A stretch of DNA of 63,387 nt, filler included, from Olpidium bornovanus S191 (lineage: Eukaryota > Fungi > Olpidiomycota), in NCBI GenBank assembly GCA_017911155.1. It is 31 parts of 31 records of this genome, joined end to end, with 100 filler letters (N's around TTAATTAATTAA, not from the genome) between each part and the next. Parts side by side here need not be neighbours in the genome. Positions count along the whole stretch, not along the records: positions 23,923 to 26,801 come from JAEFCI010000004.1; positions 26,902 to 30,357 come from JAEFCI010006140.1; positions 30,458 to 32,590 come from JAEFCI010006486.1; positions 32,691 to 33,908 come from JAEFCI010007771.1; positions 34,009 to 35,328 come from JAEFCI010011217.1; positions 35,429 to 37,745 come from JAEFCI010009423.1; 25 more parts are not named here. The stretch is one strand, 5' to 3'. Of this stretch, positions 24,309 to 36,752 are shown one piece after another. Made by a program: the position numbers and the translations under genes. How positions within the stretch are numbered: position 1 is the stretch's first letter; each line of letters begins with the position of its first letter. Below the pieces are notes generated by a model. That model saw nothing but the letters and a program-made list of their open reading frames with translations, was not told where the DNA came from and made no database searches.

Positions 24309-25480
24309 ATGGGCCTCCAGAACAAGCTGCGGCAGGACGGCGTCTTCGACGACGGTGAAGAGCGGCGGCCTGCGAAACGCTTGCCGGGTGGCGGCCGCGC
24401 CCGCAGTCTGTTTTTTGTAGGGCGGTGCTCACACTGCTCTCGACGTTTGCTCCAAAAAAAAAAAAAAAAAAAAAAAGTCATCGACGCGTTCGAGCTCAAA
24501 GACACGCTCCGTGTCACTTATCCGGGCCTGCCGGAGCTGCAGGGCGGGGAGTTGCTTACTCCCTCGCGTGAGTTGATGGAATTCAAGAAACCTGCCCCCG
24601 CGCGGACCGTCGCTGGCATGCTCCGCTTGTCGAGCGCCACGCACTATAGTTCTGGAGCCGTTAGCGCGCGTGTGGCGTCGCCTGTCGTTTGGCCACCCCC
24701 CTCTCCACCCAACCCCCCCCTCCCTCCCCGCCTTTCCCCCTCCTCCCAACGATGTCACCGTGGCCCGAGAGATTACAGCGATCTCTGAAAAGGCTCCTGT
24801 ATTTGTGGACAACTGACGCGCTTCCTGCTCTCCTTCTGCCTCGGTCGCGCCACAGAGGCTGCCAATCAGCCGGTTGTGACTTTCTCCAGCTCTGGCCCCG
24901 GCACTTACACGCTGGTGATGACTGACCCCGACGCTCCCAGTCGCAAGGATCCGAAATTCGGCGAGTGGAGGCACTGGGTTGTCACGGACATAACTGGTAA
25001 CTATGGGTTTAGGTTTCTCGCGACGGCCGACTGTTTTCTGCGGGCAGGATACCCGGGAACTTCGCGTGCTGTTCTTTTGCAATTGAGAACTCTTTTCTTT
25101 TGCTTCTTGTTCGGCTCTCCTCGGTGTGGCCTCTTCGTGAAATCTAGGAGGTGACGTCAAGAACGGCAAGATCTTGACCAGCTACCATGGGCCGGCGCCG
25201 CCCGCCGGCAGCGGCAAGCACCGCTACGTGTTCCTCCTGTTCAAACAGCCGGAGGGGGTGCAGTTCAAGCCGGTATGTTTTAAACCGTCCCGTCTGTTTT
25301 TTTAATTGATTTCTCCGGCTTAGCGTTCCTCGCGTTTTGGGAACCGCGCATCATGTTACATCCTTTCTTTCAAACGGGTAGTTTCCGGAAGAGAGGCCTC
25401 ATTTCAAAGCTCGCGACTTCATGAAGCAGCATAACCTGAGCCCGATCGGCGCGACGTTTTTCGAATCCGAAAACAAGTGA
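24309..25480 (+). CDS. Phosphatidylethanolamine-binding protein (PEBP/RKIP/Tfs1 family), complete, 5 exons
   Basis: [15 protein letters not shown]|VIDAF...|[30 protein letters not shown]|G...[24 protein letters not shown]|...[28 protein letters not shown]. Confidence 0.95.
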
Positions 25481-25499
25481 AACGCGGAGGGACGAAAAA

Positions 25500-26760
25500 G
25501 AAACAGAAAAGAAAAGAAAACCTTAAATCACCTCGAACGCGCCAAAAAATCCCCGCCGCGAGCAGCCATAATTCTTTGTCATGGACACTTTTCGCGTTCC
25601 CTTTCGACTCGGCAAGAAAGCATCTTGTGTTCCAGAACAGATCTCTGATTTTTTCCGTTTCTTGAACCACACGCAATTCTGACGTAAAACCTGAGCACGA
25701 GCCAACGCCGCTTGCCGACAGCGACGTTATCAGAATCTCCGCTTCGCCACCTCCTGTCAGGCCCGTCCATAAAAAGGCGTCCGATATGCGTTGAAGCTTT
25801 GCATCATCATGGACGGGATCCGCTGACCTCGTTTTGATCAAGCGGTAGAAACCTCGAATTTTGGTTCTTCTTTTTTGTTTTTGTTTTTTGTTTTTATTGT
25901 TTTTTTTGTTTTTTTTTTGTTATTTTTTTGTTATTTTTTTGTTATTTTTTTGTTATTTTTTTGTTTTTTTTTTTGTTTTTTTTTTTGTTATTTTTTTGTT
26001 ATTTTTTTGTTATTTTTTTGTTATTTTTTTGTTTTTTTTTTTTAAGCGAGCGTAACGGGCGGTGCAAAGGACGAATCAATGGCTCGACTCCCCGGAGCAC
26101 GCTGGTCTCACCGGCGCGGGCAACTGATGGTGTTTTGTCGCCTACGGGCAAACTACCGACTTACTGCGTTCTCTGTGCACAATTAGCATTCTTCCTTCTC
26201 TCGCGCTTATTTATTCACTACACGCTGGTGAGCTTTGCTCCCTCAGAGATAGCACCAGGGTCACCCCTGTGATCTATCCTAAACCAAATCCGGATCTGAG
26301 ATTTCACAAAGGATCCTGCCGCGTATATCCTGCAGCGAATATCCCGGGTATATTCCGAATAGTCGGAAACTTTGTCTTTCAGGTGCCCACCGCGCCTCTA
26401 GGCCGTCTCCGTGGAGCGGTGCGCCACGTCGAACGCAAACAGAGCCATTGGATCTCTTTGGGCTGCTCGGGGATCCTGAAACATATTCTGCTTCGCAGGT
26501 TGACAGGCGCAACCTAACTCCGCCTTGTCGACCTCCACGACATCGAGCTGCGATTGTACAGAGCTAGGAATCCTGTCGTCAGCGCCCTCGTTTCCCTGCA
26601 GCCAGCCGAGTCCACGTCGCAGTATCTGATGATCACGAATCAGGTAGTACAGACTATCTGCAACGTTCTGCGGGGCAGTTGCTACCACAAGTTTGCTTTT
26701 GGTTATGAAGGGGCGTCCCATCAGACTTGAAGGTCACATAGAGACCATTCTGCATTGCGG
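25500..26760 (-). CDS. Hypothetical multi-exon protein, 5'-truncated
   Basis: Several protein-like minus-strand blocks: GRPFITKSKLVVATAPQNVADSLYYLIRDHQILRRG; HLKDKVSDYSEYTRDIRCRIYAAG; IRGFYRLIKTRSADPVHDDAKLQRISDAFLW. No family recognised; boundaries approximate. Confidence 0.45.
25861..26043. repeat. T-rich minisatellite (TTTTTTTGTTA)n
   Basis: Directly visible. Confidence 0.9.
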
Positions 26761-27643
26761 CAGGGACGCAGAATAACGGCATCCGGGACGTCCGGGGGGG
26801 GNNNNNNNNNNNNNNNNNNNNNNNNNNNNNNNNNNNNNNNNNNNNTTAATTAATTAANNNNNNNNNNNNNNNNNNNNNNNNNNNNNNNNNNNNNNNNNNN
26901 NCGGCTCCGCACACGCGGGCAACAACCGGAAAACCGCGCGGCCCGCGGGTGAGAGAGACACGCACGCCTCTCGCAAAGCTTGCACCGCGGAAAAGGCAGA
27001 TACGAGCGCCAAAGGTGCATGTACCTTGCCAGGAAGGGCACACGTCGCGCGCACACCCGTAAAGATTGTCAGCGGACTCCACACTCATCCCCCCCCCCCA
27101 CCCACTCTCGGTGGAAACGGCACTGCCGACGCGCAACTCGGCCTAAAACCTTCGTATTTTGCATACACCCCGCAAGCCCCGCGAACCGTCTGCACCGGTG
27201 GTCCAACTCTTGTTGCCGGTCCCGCGTGCGGCCACGCCTTCCCGGCACAGGCGGAAAGAAAAAATTATGAAAACGCAGGCGCGCGCAGCTTTGGGAGACG
27301 AGGCGAGAGAGTCTTTGGGAGAGGAGGGGGGGTGGGAGGAGGAGGGAGGGGGAGGGAAGTTGGGACCGAGGCACCTTCGTGCGCACGCGAGCGGGTTTGG
27401 AGGCAGGCGGAAGGCCCCGCGCGCGGGAGGGGGGGGGGGGGGGGGGGGGGGGAGGGGACGACGAGGCGGGCGGGTAGGACACGTACGCGTGTGCCCACTG
27501 GGCGAACGCGTTTTCGCACCGGGGTGGAGGGGTGAAAGGTGGGAGAGGGGGAGGGCGGAGGGGGGAAGACCCCGTGTTGTTGTTGTTTTTTATTTTCCGC
27601 GCGCGGCAACAAGAGAGCCGCCGCGGCGCACTGAAGTGAGATC

Positions 27644-27674
<31 letters not shown>

Positions 27675-28236
27675 ACGGCAGGGAATTGTTTCCGCCCCCC
27701 GGAAAAGGGGGGAAAAGCACCCTTCACCGATTAATTTATAGCATTTTTTTTACCGCATTTTTACCGCAGAAGGGAGAAAGAGAAGAGGGAGAGGGAGAGG
27801 GAGAAAAGTGCGGGGCGGTTGGCTTCTTTGGCACGCCGGAGACGCCGTTCCGGCCCCCTCTGTGTCGCGGCGCAACGCCTCCGGGCCGGCGCCTCGTGCT
27901 CCAGCTTTCGAGGTCGAGAGACAAGGACGACGACGCCTTTGTTCCTGCAGGATCCCCCGCCTTCCCCACCCCCCTCCCCCCCCTTGTCCTCCCCACATGC
28001 TCCGAGACGCGGCTTCCGATACGTCTTCCGAGTCTTTGTCAAAAACCCCTTTGACCCTTCTGTCAAACCGGGGTCCCCGCCGGCTCCCTCGAGATGGCCC
28101 GAGCTCAAGACGCGGAGCGGAACGACGACTTCGCCGTTTCCTCCCTGCAGCGACAAAAAAAAAGGGCTTGCGAACCGCATTTTTTTTTTTTTTTTTTTTT
28201 GGGCTCGCCGTCGTGACCTCTCGTTGACAGGACAGC

Positions 28237-29380
28237 ATGCCTGTCGCGGCGGAAGAGGCGAAGGCGGCGCCGGCCCCCGACGGGGGGGACGCAGGCGGAA
28301 TTCAGGCGGCCGCGAAGTCCGTTAAACAGGCTGCCGCCGCCGCCACGCCGCCGGATCTGCCAGCGGGATCCGCCGACGAGCTGGTCTGCTGCGTATCCGT
28401 CCAATCTGCGGACAAGGTAGCACAAAAAGGCCGTATCTCGCGAAATCCAAACCGTGCCCTCGTTTTCGTTTTCAAAAGAGCGAGCGCTGAAAAAAAAACC
28501 GGTTTTTTTTTTTTTTTTTTTCGTTTCGAGCGTCGCCCAGCTCAGGATGATCGGGATGCCCGAGGAGTACTGGGACGACCTCCGCCGGGTGCTCGAGGCG
28601 GCGTGGCCGCCGGGCATCCAGCGCGAAAAGTGGGTCGACGCCGCGCGCGAGGTCAAGCTCAACGGCAACCCGTGGGACGGCGAGGGCCAGGACTCGATCC
28701 AGTCCCGGCGGCTCGTCGTCGCGGTCTTCGGCTTCCTGGACTCGCGCGGGTGGGTCCTGGAGGCCGCCTCGTGCCTCAACCGCAAGTCGGCGAGCAAGGC
28801 CTCCCTGCTGTTCCGCCGCCCGTCCGACAAGGCGCCCGAGAAGGGCCCCCCGCCGGCCAAGGCGGACGGCGCCGGGAAACCGGACTTCTGCTCGGTGTCG
28901 TTCAGCATGAACGACCGAGTGCGCGTCATCGACGTCCCCGCCTCCGTCGCCGACGCCATCAAGGACGTCATCCAGTCCGAATGGAGGCACGGCATGGAAA
29001 AGGAGAGGTGGTTCAACGGCGTGCCGGAATACAAACGTATGTCCAGAGAGCTTATTTGCTTTTTATTTTCGCCTTTCCCCACCACCATCCCTCCTCCTCC
29101 GCCTTCCCGTCCTATTCTTTTTTTTTTATTTTTGACGAAGGGGATCCCTCCCGTCGCTTTAAATATTGCTTGATGATCGGAACCAAAAAAAAAAATCATA
29201 GTGAACGGGAGCCCGTGGAACGCCGAGGGCGACGAAACTGTGCAAGCGAATTTCCTTGTCGCGAAGCTCGTGCGGGCGCTGAGGGCCGTCGGCTGGAAAG
29301 TCCACGCGTCGGTCGGGATCACCAACGGGAAGGAAGGGAGGGACCTCGACACGTGGATCCTGAAAAGGATTGCTTCTTAG
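28237..29380 (+). CDS. Uncharacterised protein with two tandem ~100-aa homologous domains, 3 exons
   Basis: Exons 28237-28416, 28541-29036 and 29202-29380. Repeat 1 is SADKLRMIG..W..GIQ.E..EVKLNGNPW..GW.L; repeat 2 is MNDRVRVID..W..GME.E..EYKLNGSPW..GWKV, ending DLDTWILKRIAS*. Confidence 0.85.
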
Positions 29381-29396
29381 GAAGAGGCGCAGCCGC

Positions 29397-29434
<38 letters not shown>

Positions 29435-29442
29435 CCCCCCCC

Positions 29443-29478
<36 letters not shown>

Positions 29479-30469
29479 GGGCGAGTTTGCTGGGAAGCGG
29501 CGTCGAAAGTGGAAACAAGCCGCCGGGCCCTGAATGTCGGGAGGGGGGAGCGGGGTCCGTGTCGACTCAGTTTTGTCCCCCAATCTCAAATTCCCGCGTG
29601 GGCCCGTCGAATTTTTTGCTGGGAAACGGCGAAGCTGCACCGTCTACCCAGATGCTTCTGACGTTCGGAAAACGGAATGATGGTTGAAAAGAAGACCCCG
29701 GCTTCAAGTCTGGCGCGTGGGGAAGAAGGGGTGGGGTGGGCGGAAGGGGGGGGGGGGGGGCGCACGCGTGGAGGGGCACTCTTCTTCGGGTTGCGGCATC
29801 ACCGCAGTGAAGGGATATCAGGACTCACCACGCCGCCGACCCCCAACTTCCACACAGAAGAATCCATTTTCCTACATTAATCACAAGCAGGAGGGATAGC
29901 ATGAGAAGTGATGTATATGCTGGGTACCTGAGAATCATTGCTGCTTCCGAATGCGTGAAGGCAAGGAATGAACACGTTGTGTGCGATTTGCTGTCGGTTT
30001 TTGCCCACATGTCCTCCTGGTGCATCTTTATCCTCTTGGCTGATTTGTCCCGCTTCAGAGTGAGAGGCGTGACACAGATCAAAACAACATTTCCTGCCAG
30101 TTAAACATTCTTAAGTCCGAGTGGCAAGCCATGCAGTTGCCGCAAACTCGGTTAAGCGGTGTAGGGTGCGGGGGGAGAGGACCGTCCTGTTGTCTCACTT
30201 CATTTTTAAGAACCAAATTTGTCAGCATAAGTGGTCCATGAACCCGGCGAACTCCCCGTGCCAGTGCCGCATATCGGTTGGGGAAAGATGATGAAGCCCA
30301 ACGCGAGACTTGATTAACTTCCCGAAGAACTCCCCGGCTGAAGAACCACGGACTGAGNNNNNNNNNNNNNNNNNNNNNNNNNNNNNNNNNNNNNNNNNNN
30401 NTTAATTAATTAANNNNNNNNNNNNNNNNNNNNNNNNNNNNNNNNNNNNNNNNNNNNGAAAGAGAGAGA

Positions 30470-30845
30470 GAGAAAAAAAAGTGAGAGAAGTAAGGTTTGT
30501 TCGGGTCGAGCAGAGCTTGCGGGTAACACGCGTCCCCTTCCTCGGCCCTTTCTCCTTTCGCCCCCACGGGGCGGGAACACGAAAAAAAAAAACGCCCCTC
30601 CTCACTTTAGAACGACGTTGCAAGTCATCATGAGGTACGACGCCAAAAACAAAATGGAGACGCATTGGATGGCGATGTGCGCGCCGGATATGCAGGAGAC
30701 GACTTCGCCGGTGACGGATCGGAGCACGTTGTCGGTGGAAAAATTGCAGTTGAACGAGCTGAACAAAGTCTGCCCAGGCGGAAACTTTCGTCAGCGAAAG
30801 CGTAGGAAAGCGCGGCCGGGGGGCGACGCGCGAGGGGAGAGAGGG

Positions 30846-30877
<32 letters not shown>

Positions 30878-32019
30878 AAAGAAAGAAAAAAACGTCCCGT
30901 CATTGGCGAGACACGTACCTTGAGAAACGAAAGCATTAAGAAGTTGCACGACGAGAAGACCCTGGTGACGCCCGCCCGTGAGGTGTTTTTGAATTCAGGC
31001 TCATTTTTCCGTTAAAAAGCGCATTTCGACTAACGTCCTCTTTCTCTCCCAGTCCCCCTCTCCCCCCCTTCCTCCTCCCCACGCCCACGTTTTGCGCGCT
31101 TGGCCAAAGAAAAGCCGGGGGCACGTTTGGCGAACCTGAGGGTGTACAGCGCGCCTTCCGGATATTGACCCAGTTTCACTTTGTGGCCGACGTATGCGCC
31201 TGTTAGAGTATATATTTGTCTCAGTATGTCCCCCGTTCCGCGAACGTGTTTTCTCGGAAGCGAGGAGGAAACATCACGGAATGGGGAAGCGGCACAGAGT
31301 GCTGGAAAACCTAGGCTGTTTGATCGCGGGCGCCGTCACGTACCGTTGAAATAGTAAACTGATAAAGCCAAGCAGCTGGAGATGCATGCGCCTACATGCT
31401 CGGAGTAGGTGACAAAACTAGATTTGGCAAAACTGAACATAATTTTCATCGAAAGCGGCAGCGGAAATCCTTGGTCGCCTTCGTTGTTCGGGGCAGGAAA
31501 CACCCCGACGGCAAACTGGTAAAAAAAAAAAAAAATTAGAAGGCGTTGGTGAAACCTCCATTGGAATCCGAATCTCGAACGCTGTTGAAGCAAGCCGAGC
31601 GCGGGGTGCAATTTTTTTTCATTTTTGTACGTACCTGGATGTCTTCTAGGACGAGGAAGATCCACTCGATAACGGCGGGGATCACTCTGCAGGAGACCAT
31701 GATGAACAGTATCTGGCGGAGCCCCGAAACATATTTGCCAATGTTAACGAAAAATGAAATCGGCTTCTTCTCCACCATTCTTTCCACCCCCACCCCCCCC
31801 CACCTCCCCACCGCACAGGGAACAATAAAAAAAAACCATTATAGAAATCTACAATGGTTCTTTTTTCGCGTTTCCACGGACCTCGTTGAAGATCTCGACA
31901 TGCTTAGACAAAAACCCGCCGGTGGTCACTTCCTCTTCCGCCTCATCGGCCTCATCGGGAACGTCCTGAGCCTGCTCGGTTGCGACGCGCCTCTCGTCAT
32001 CGCCCGTCGCTGCTGCCAT
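30470..32019 (-). CDS. Polytopic membrane protein N-terminus, TmcB-like (tentative)
   Basis: Spliceable hydrophobic exons: MAAATGDDERR..., VIPAVIEWIFLVLEDIQ, VGACISSCLALSVYYF, VFSSCNFLMLSFLK|TLFSSFNCNFS...EVVSCISGAHIAIQCVSILFLASYLMM. The 'F.C...C..G.H' pattern recalls TmcB-like proteins. No PAS domain is visible in the captured part. Confidence 0.55.
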
Positions 32020-33544
32020 TTGAGAAGAGGTCCCTCCGCAAAGAAAAAAAAAAATAAAATAAAATTGCCCAGGCTGTTCCAACGGCCGGGTTTTGATCAC
32101 CGCGGGGCCGCAGGGGCACCTCTCCTCTGCCACACCCGGAACGTCTTTCCGGGGCGTTTCGTTGCGTGTGAGTTGGACAAACTCGGAAGGCCAGTCACAA
32201 GCGCGGGGAGTGGGGGAGGAGGTGGTGGGGGGAAAATTCCCGCCCTCCCGTTCAATGCCCGAGCCGACCGACTGGCTGTCGTTCGCACCGCCTCTTGCAC
32301 TTTCCACCCCTCCGAGCAATCAGCTCCTCCGGGCAAAAAGTGCGGTCTTCTCGTGTGATTTCCTTTTTTTTTTTTTTTTTTTTTTTTTCTCTTGAAGATA
32401 GGAATCGAGACTTTCGGCGGGGGATGGATGCGCGCAGGTTTTCGTTCTGGTTTTGATCCGTCGCAATGGCATGCCAGGCTGGACAGCGTAACAGTCAAGA
32501 CAATGTTACCTTTTCGAATAGAGACATTGTTAAGGATTACTCGCGGCCTGTCCCAAGTTCTCTGCAAAGAGACTCCAGCAATCGTGATTCNNNNNNNNNN
32601 NNNNNNNNNNNNNNNNNNNNNNNNNNNNNNNNNNTTAATTAATTAANNNNNNNNNNNNNNNNNNNNNNNNNNNNNNNNNNNNNNNNNNNNCATCTCATAT
32701 TACCTGTGGACGGGGAAGTGAACATCAGCACTCTCTTTACCTTACCGTTTGTCCCGTGCTCAACACTTCCCAGGCATTGGCGTGAAAGGCATCATCTCCC
32801 TCGGCCCATGATACAACAACCCTCATGTTGCAACACCGGACGTCGTATCGCCCTTCCGCATTGTTTCAAGCGCATGTTGCGCAACACGTTCGCCTGACGG
32901 GCGGCGGTTGCTTAAACCCCTCGACGGTGCGCAGCGCACCGGCACCTCCCGCACACGACGGGTTTCGCGCAGCGAATCTAACCACGAAATGGGAGGAGGC
33001 GTGGACGAAGGCTTGGCGCGGCACCGACAGGGGCATTGGTATGGTACTAGGGTAATCCCGGAGACCTGCGACAGGCAGTTCGCCCTTTAACCGCGAGTGG
33101 AACGCGCTGAACCGTAGATTTAGTTTCGCTCTGGTTTCCGAGATGGGACCAGTACGCGCCTGCACTGCCGAACGCTATGGATGGGCAATCGATTTGTTTT
33201 TGTCGAGAGACGGGGTTACACGACCAAGTGGGCGAGATACCAGACGAAACTCCAGTTGGGAAGGTGTCACCGGGAGATGATAGCGGAGTTATGCGTCTTC
33301 TCTCTGAATCCAGCCTATACGGCAATGCCGCCCGCGAGTTCACGTTCGAGCGCCTCGTCGACCTCGTGCTTGCCGACTTGGTTTTCGGTGGTCGCGGCGA
33401 CCCCGGGAACTTTGTCGTCCGGTTTGATTTTCCCCTCGAGGGCGTCTCGCTTCGGACCAGGCAACCTGTTCGGACACGGAATCACGGTGGGTTAAGTTGC
33501 AGAAAGATCTAGCTGCGGGTCAGAGTTCATTCGACTCTTTTTGC

Positions 33545-33908
33545 TCACGGCTGGGGAGGTCGGTGGGGTGAGCCGGTCGGCACCACTTCCTGCTGTTCGC
33601 CTTTAAAGGCCTTGTACTCCTCGGTGAGGGCGCCTAACATCAGGAGGAGTCAAGCAGACATGAGAGCTCGGCCCCCCCCCCCCCACCTGCTACAGCAGTC
33701 TGACTTTCGCCGTTTTTTCCGAAGTTGACCCACTTCTGATCTCCTCAATGGTTTTCGCCGTCTCAAAGTAGAAATCAAACTTCTGTTCATGGGCCGGCTC
33801 ATCCTCCACGTCGTGGTACGCCTCGAGATACGGGTGCGCTAGTGTCTCTTCGACGGTAATGCGCTTCGTTGGATCGAACGAAAGCAACTTCTCCAGGAGG
33901 TCCAGAGC
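33545..33908 (-). CDS. MAP kinase (ERK/Fus3/Kss1 type), C-terminal exons
   Basis: [38 protein letters not shown]... spliced to [10 protein letters not shown]...PPQP*. Confidence 0.92.
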
Positions 33909-34152
33909 NNNNNNNNNNNNNNNNNNNNNNNNNNNNNNNNNNNNNNNNNNNNTTAATTAATTAANNNNNNNNNNNNNNNNNNNNNNNNNNNNNNNNNNNN
34001 NNNNNNNNTTTTTTTTCCCTTGTCCCCCACCCCTCCTCCTCCTCCTCCTCCTCCTCCTCGTTTTTCCTCTGCCGCCACCCCCGCCCCGCCCACTCCCACT
34101 CCCCCCCCCTTCTTGCCCGCCCGCCCGCCCGCCCGCCCGCAAACGTCACAGA

Positions 34153-34842
34153 TGCACGACCCCCTCGTCGACTCCTCCGCGCCAGCCGCCGCCGCCGCCC
34201 TCCCGCCCTCTGCGCAGGGACGTGCCTCCGAGTTGTGCGCGGGCGGAGCACGAGCCGGAGGAGAAGGAGGAGGAGGAGGAGCAGGAGGAGGAGCAGGAGG
34301 AGGAGCAGGACCGGGAGCGGGAGCGGGAGCAGGACCGGCCTGTATGCCGCCCCCGTCCCCGAAGCCGCCGTCGTCCACGTCCTCCGCTCACTTCGCCGCC
34401 GCCTCCGCCGACTCCTCGACCTCGGCGCCGCAGACGCTGCCGGCGACGCCGGGAGCACCCCTCGGCCGCGGCGGCGGCGCCCCTGCCGCCGCCCCGCGGC
34501 CGCGCTTCCGAGACCCGCCGCCCACGCCCGCACCGCCGCCGCCGCCGCCAACGCGCTGGGAGCGGCTGTGCCGGTGGGTGGTCCGGGTGCCGCCGTTTTC
34601 GTGGGCTGCGCTGTTGGACTGGAAGTCCAACTCGGAGCTGGAGAACGGCCTTCTGGCCGTGCTCACGTCGCCGGACGAGCACGCCATTCGACGATACCGC
34701 GCCGTCGCCGTCTGCAGCTTCTGGAACAGGCTCGTCATCGAGGCCGCCTTTTCCGCCGGGTGCATCTCCGTCATCATCAGGCTGTGGAACTCGGAGAACT
34801 ACATCCTGCTGATGTGGCTGGTGCTGGTCTTTTGTGCCGTCG
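34153..34842 (+). CDS. Hypothetical membrane protein, first exon
   Basis: Gly/Pro/Ala-rich N-terminus, then hydrophobic helices (LVIEAAFSAGCISVIIRLW; YILLMWLVLVFCAV) ending at a GTGAGT donor. Confidence 0.55.
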
Positions 34843-35428
34843 GTGAGTTTTTTATTATTTTTTTTTTTTTCATTCGAAGAGGGAAAGGGCCGCCGTGGAG
34901 GAGGGAAAGCGTGGTTGGAAGAAGGGAACGCGGAAAGCAGGGGAGATGACGGGAGGAGGAAGAGGCAAAGAGGGCGGTGGAATGATCGCTGCCGGCGTGA
35001 CACTGGGGGGTGGCGGAAAGGAGGCAGAGACGAGCAGCAGGCAAACCGGTGCAAGAATTGGAGGGACGGGTGGTGGAAGAATCGTCGGCGGCATGAGAAG
35101 GCGGCGCGCGGAAAAAACGAGGTCGAACAAGCGGCAGGGAGGCCGGAGTGGAAATTCGCGTCGGAAGGCGGTTTCAAACCCGCCGAAAGACAGGGAGGAG
35201 GAGGCGAGGAGGCACCGCCGTCCCTGAAATGATCTAGTAGATCACATCTGGTCCTTCGGTTCAGGGTTAAGGTTTACCGTTAGGATGGGCCTGAAATAGG
35301 AGGGGGGAAAAATCAGAAAAAAAAAAAANNNNNNNNNNNNNNNNNNNNNNNNNNNNNNNNNNNNNNNNNNNNTTAATTAATTAANNNNNNNNNNNNNNNN
35401 NNNNNNNNNNNNNNNNNNNNNNNNNNNN

Positions 35429-36346
35429 ACATGTGTATCGGCCACCAGATATTCGTCCGTCGGGGAGGCGAGGCCGTGACTCAGCGACCGGCCCGCAAAC
35501 GCGATTCGCTCCTCCACAGAAATCCTGGACTGCAGCTTTCGCATCTTCTTCGACTTCTCGGGTACCGCCAACGGTTTCGACCGAAACATCCGAGGGAGTA
35601 TTCGTCGCTTGCAGGCCAACATCTCCGCTTGTGCTTGGGAGAGCTTCCGCTTCCGCGAATTTCCGAGATCGTCGTTTTCGGGGTGCAGCATGACTGGCAC
35701 AACAGTTAGGCATGGGTCCACATGCAAAGTCTGTTCCTGCGGGTACTCTGCCGTGGAGACGTAAATATTTTCGGTTCTTTCAGCGAGCAGAAGGCGGCGA
35801 CGGTTAGGTTAGCAAAAAACGTATGCCCAGCAGTATTTATCAGCAGTGGAGACATTCGCGAGACATGCTCGAAATCAATACCGCCGGACAAAGGCCCTCG
35901 TAGACGTTAAAAAGTGCGTTGTGTTTGCCGGTCCATGGACCTTCAGCTCAGTTGTCCCGCAGTCTGCGAGTGTCAAAATGAGACCTATCGTGAGGTGATC
36001 GGAAATATTGTTCAGGTCAAAAAGCCGATTCCGCCCACGACGACGCCGCAACCAGAGCCACACGGTGGCAAAGTCCCCTGGGGCCCGCTATCTCCCCAAC
36101 CCCCAGCGTGCGCTCCGCTTTCTCTCTTTCGAAGAACTGACCTGGCAGCCCGAGGCAAGCCTCGGCGTCCAACCTGGTGAGGAAAACGTCCTCTATTTTG
36201 CCGGTCAACTTGAAACCCCTCTCAGCAAGGCTCCTCTGCAGGCCTTCTGGGCAGTTGAAAAGGTACCTCCGGTACGCGGCGTGCACGACTATGGCAGGCG
36301 GCCCGTCCCCCGTCGAAGGGTTCAGGATCTGCACGTACGACGTCAT
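35429..36346 (-). CDS. TRZ1: tRNase Z, long form (ELAC2/Trz1), N-terminal part
   Basis: MTSYVQIL...RRYLFNCPEGLQRSLAERGFKLTGKIEDVFLTRL...CLGLP|GLILTLADCG...LKVHGPANTTHFLTSTRAFV is the typical Trz1 N-terminus. Confidence 0.93.
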
Positions 36347-36752
36347 TGCGGTGCCGTTTGCTGGCGGTCCGCGCTCGCGGGCGGCGCTGCGGCCGTGCCC
36401 GACAGTTTGACACGCGCAAGATGATCACGTGACTCCCCGCTTGGTACCAAACATTCGGCCACCGCCCATCCGCCTCGCCACACCTCGGCACCGCTGAAAC
36501 CGAGAGACCAGCGGATTTTTCATACGCCAGAGGTAAAAACTGCCAACCGCCCCGCTCGCGCACTCGCCGCAGTTGCGCGTCCCGCCGTCTGCGTGTTTTG
36601 TCAAGGGAGCTCTTTCTGCGTTTACGGACCACGTGAATTGCCGGGTGTACGCCCCAGCCGACTTCGCTGGGCGGGTACGTCGCGGCTGCTTCACCTGCCC
36701 GAAGTCTGACTTCCTGGCGTGGCTACCGTTCCGCGTTGAACAGGTTTGAAAG
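36347..36752. promoter_or_regulatory. Bidirectional promoter between tRNase Z and RPL31, with E-boxes
   Basis: Head-to-head ATGs about 400 bp apart on one contig; TCACGTGA at 36425 and CACGTG at 36630. Confidence 0.7.

Noticed and set aside
26715-26760. In-frame TGA upstream of MGRPFITK (possible selenocysteine)
   Set aside because: No redox motif context; better explained by an intron acceptor just downstream.
30286-30340. ATGATGA...CTGA, possible C/D snoRNA
   Set aside because: Only about 55 nt, no terminal stem and no recognisable rRNA guide.
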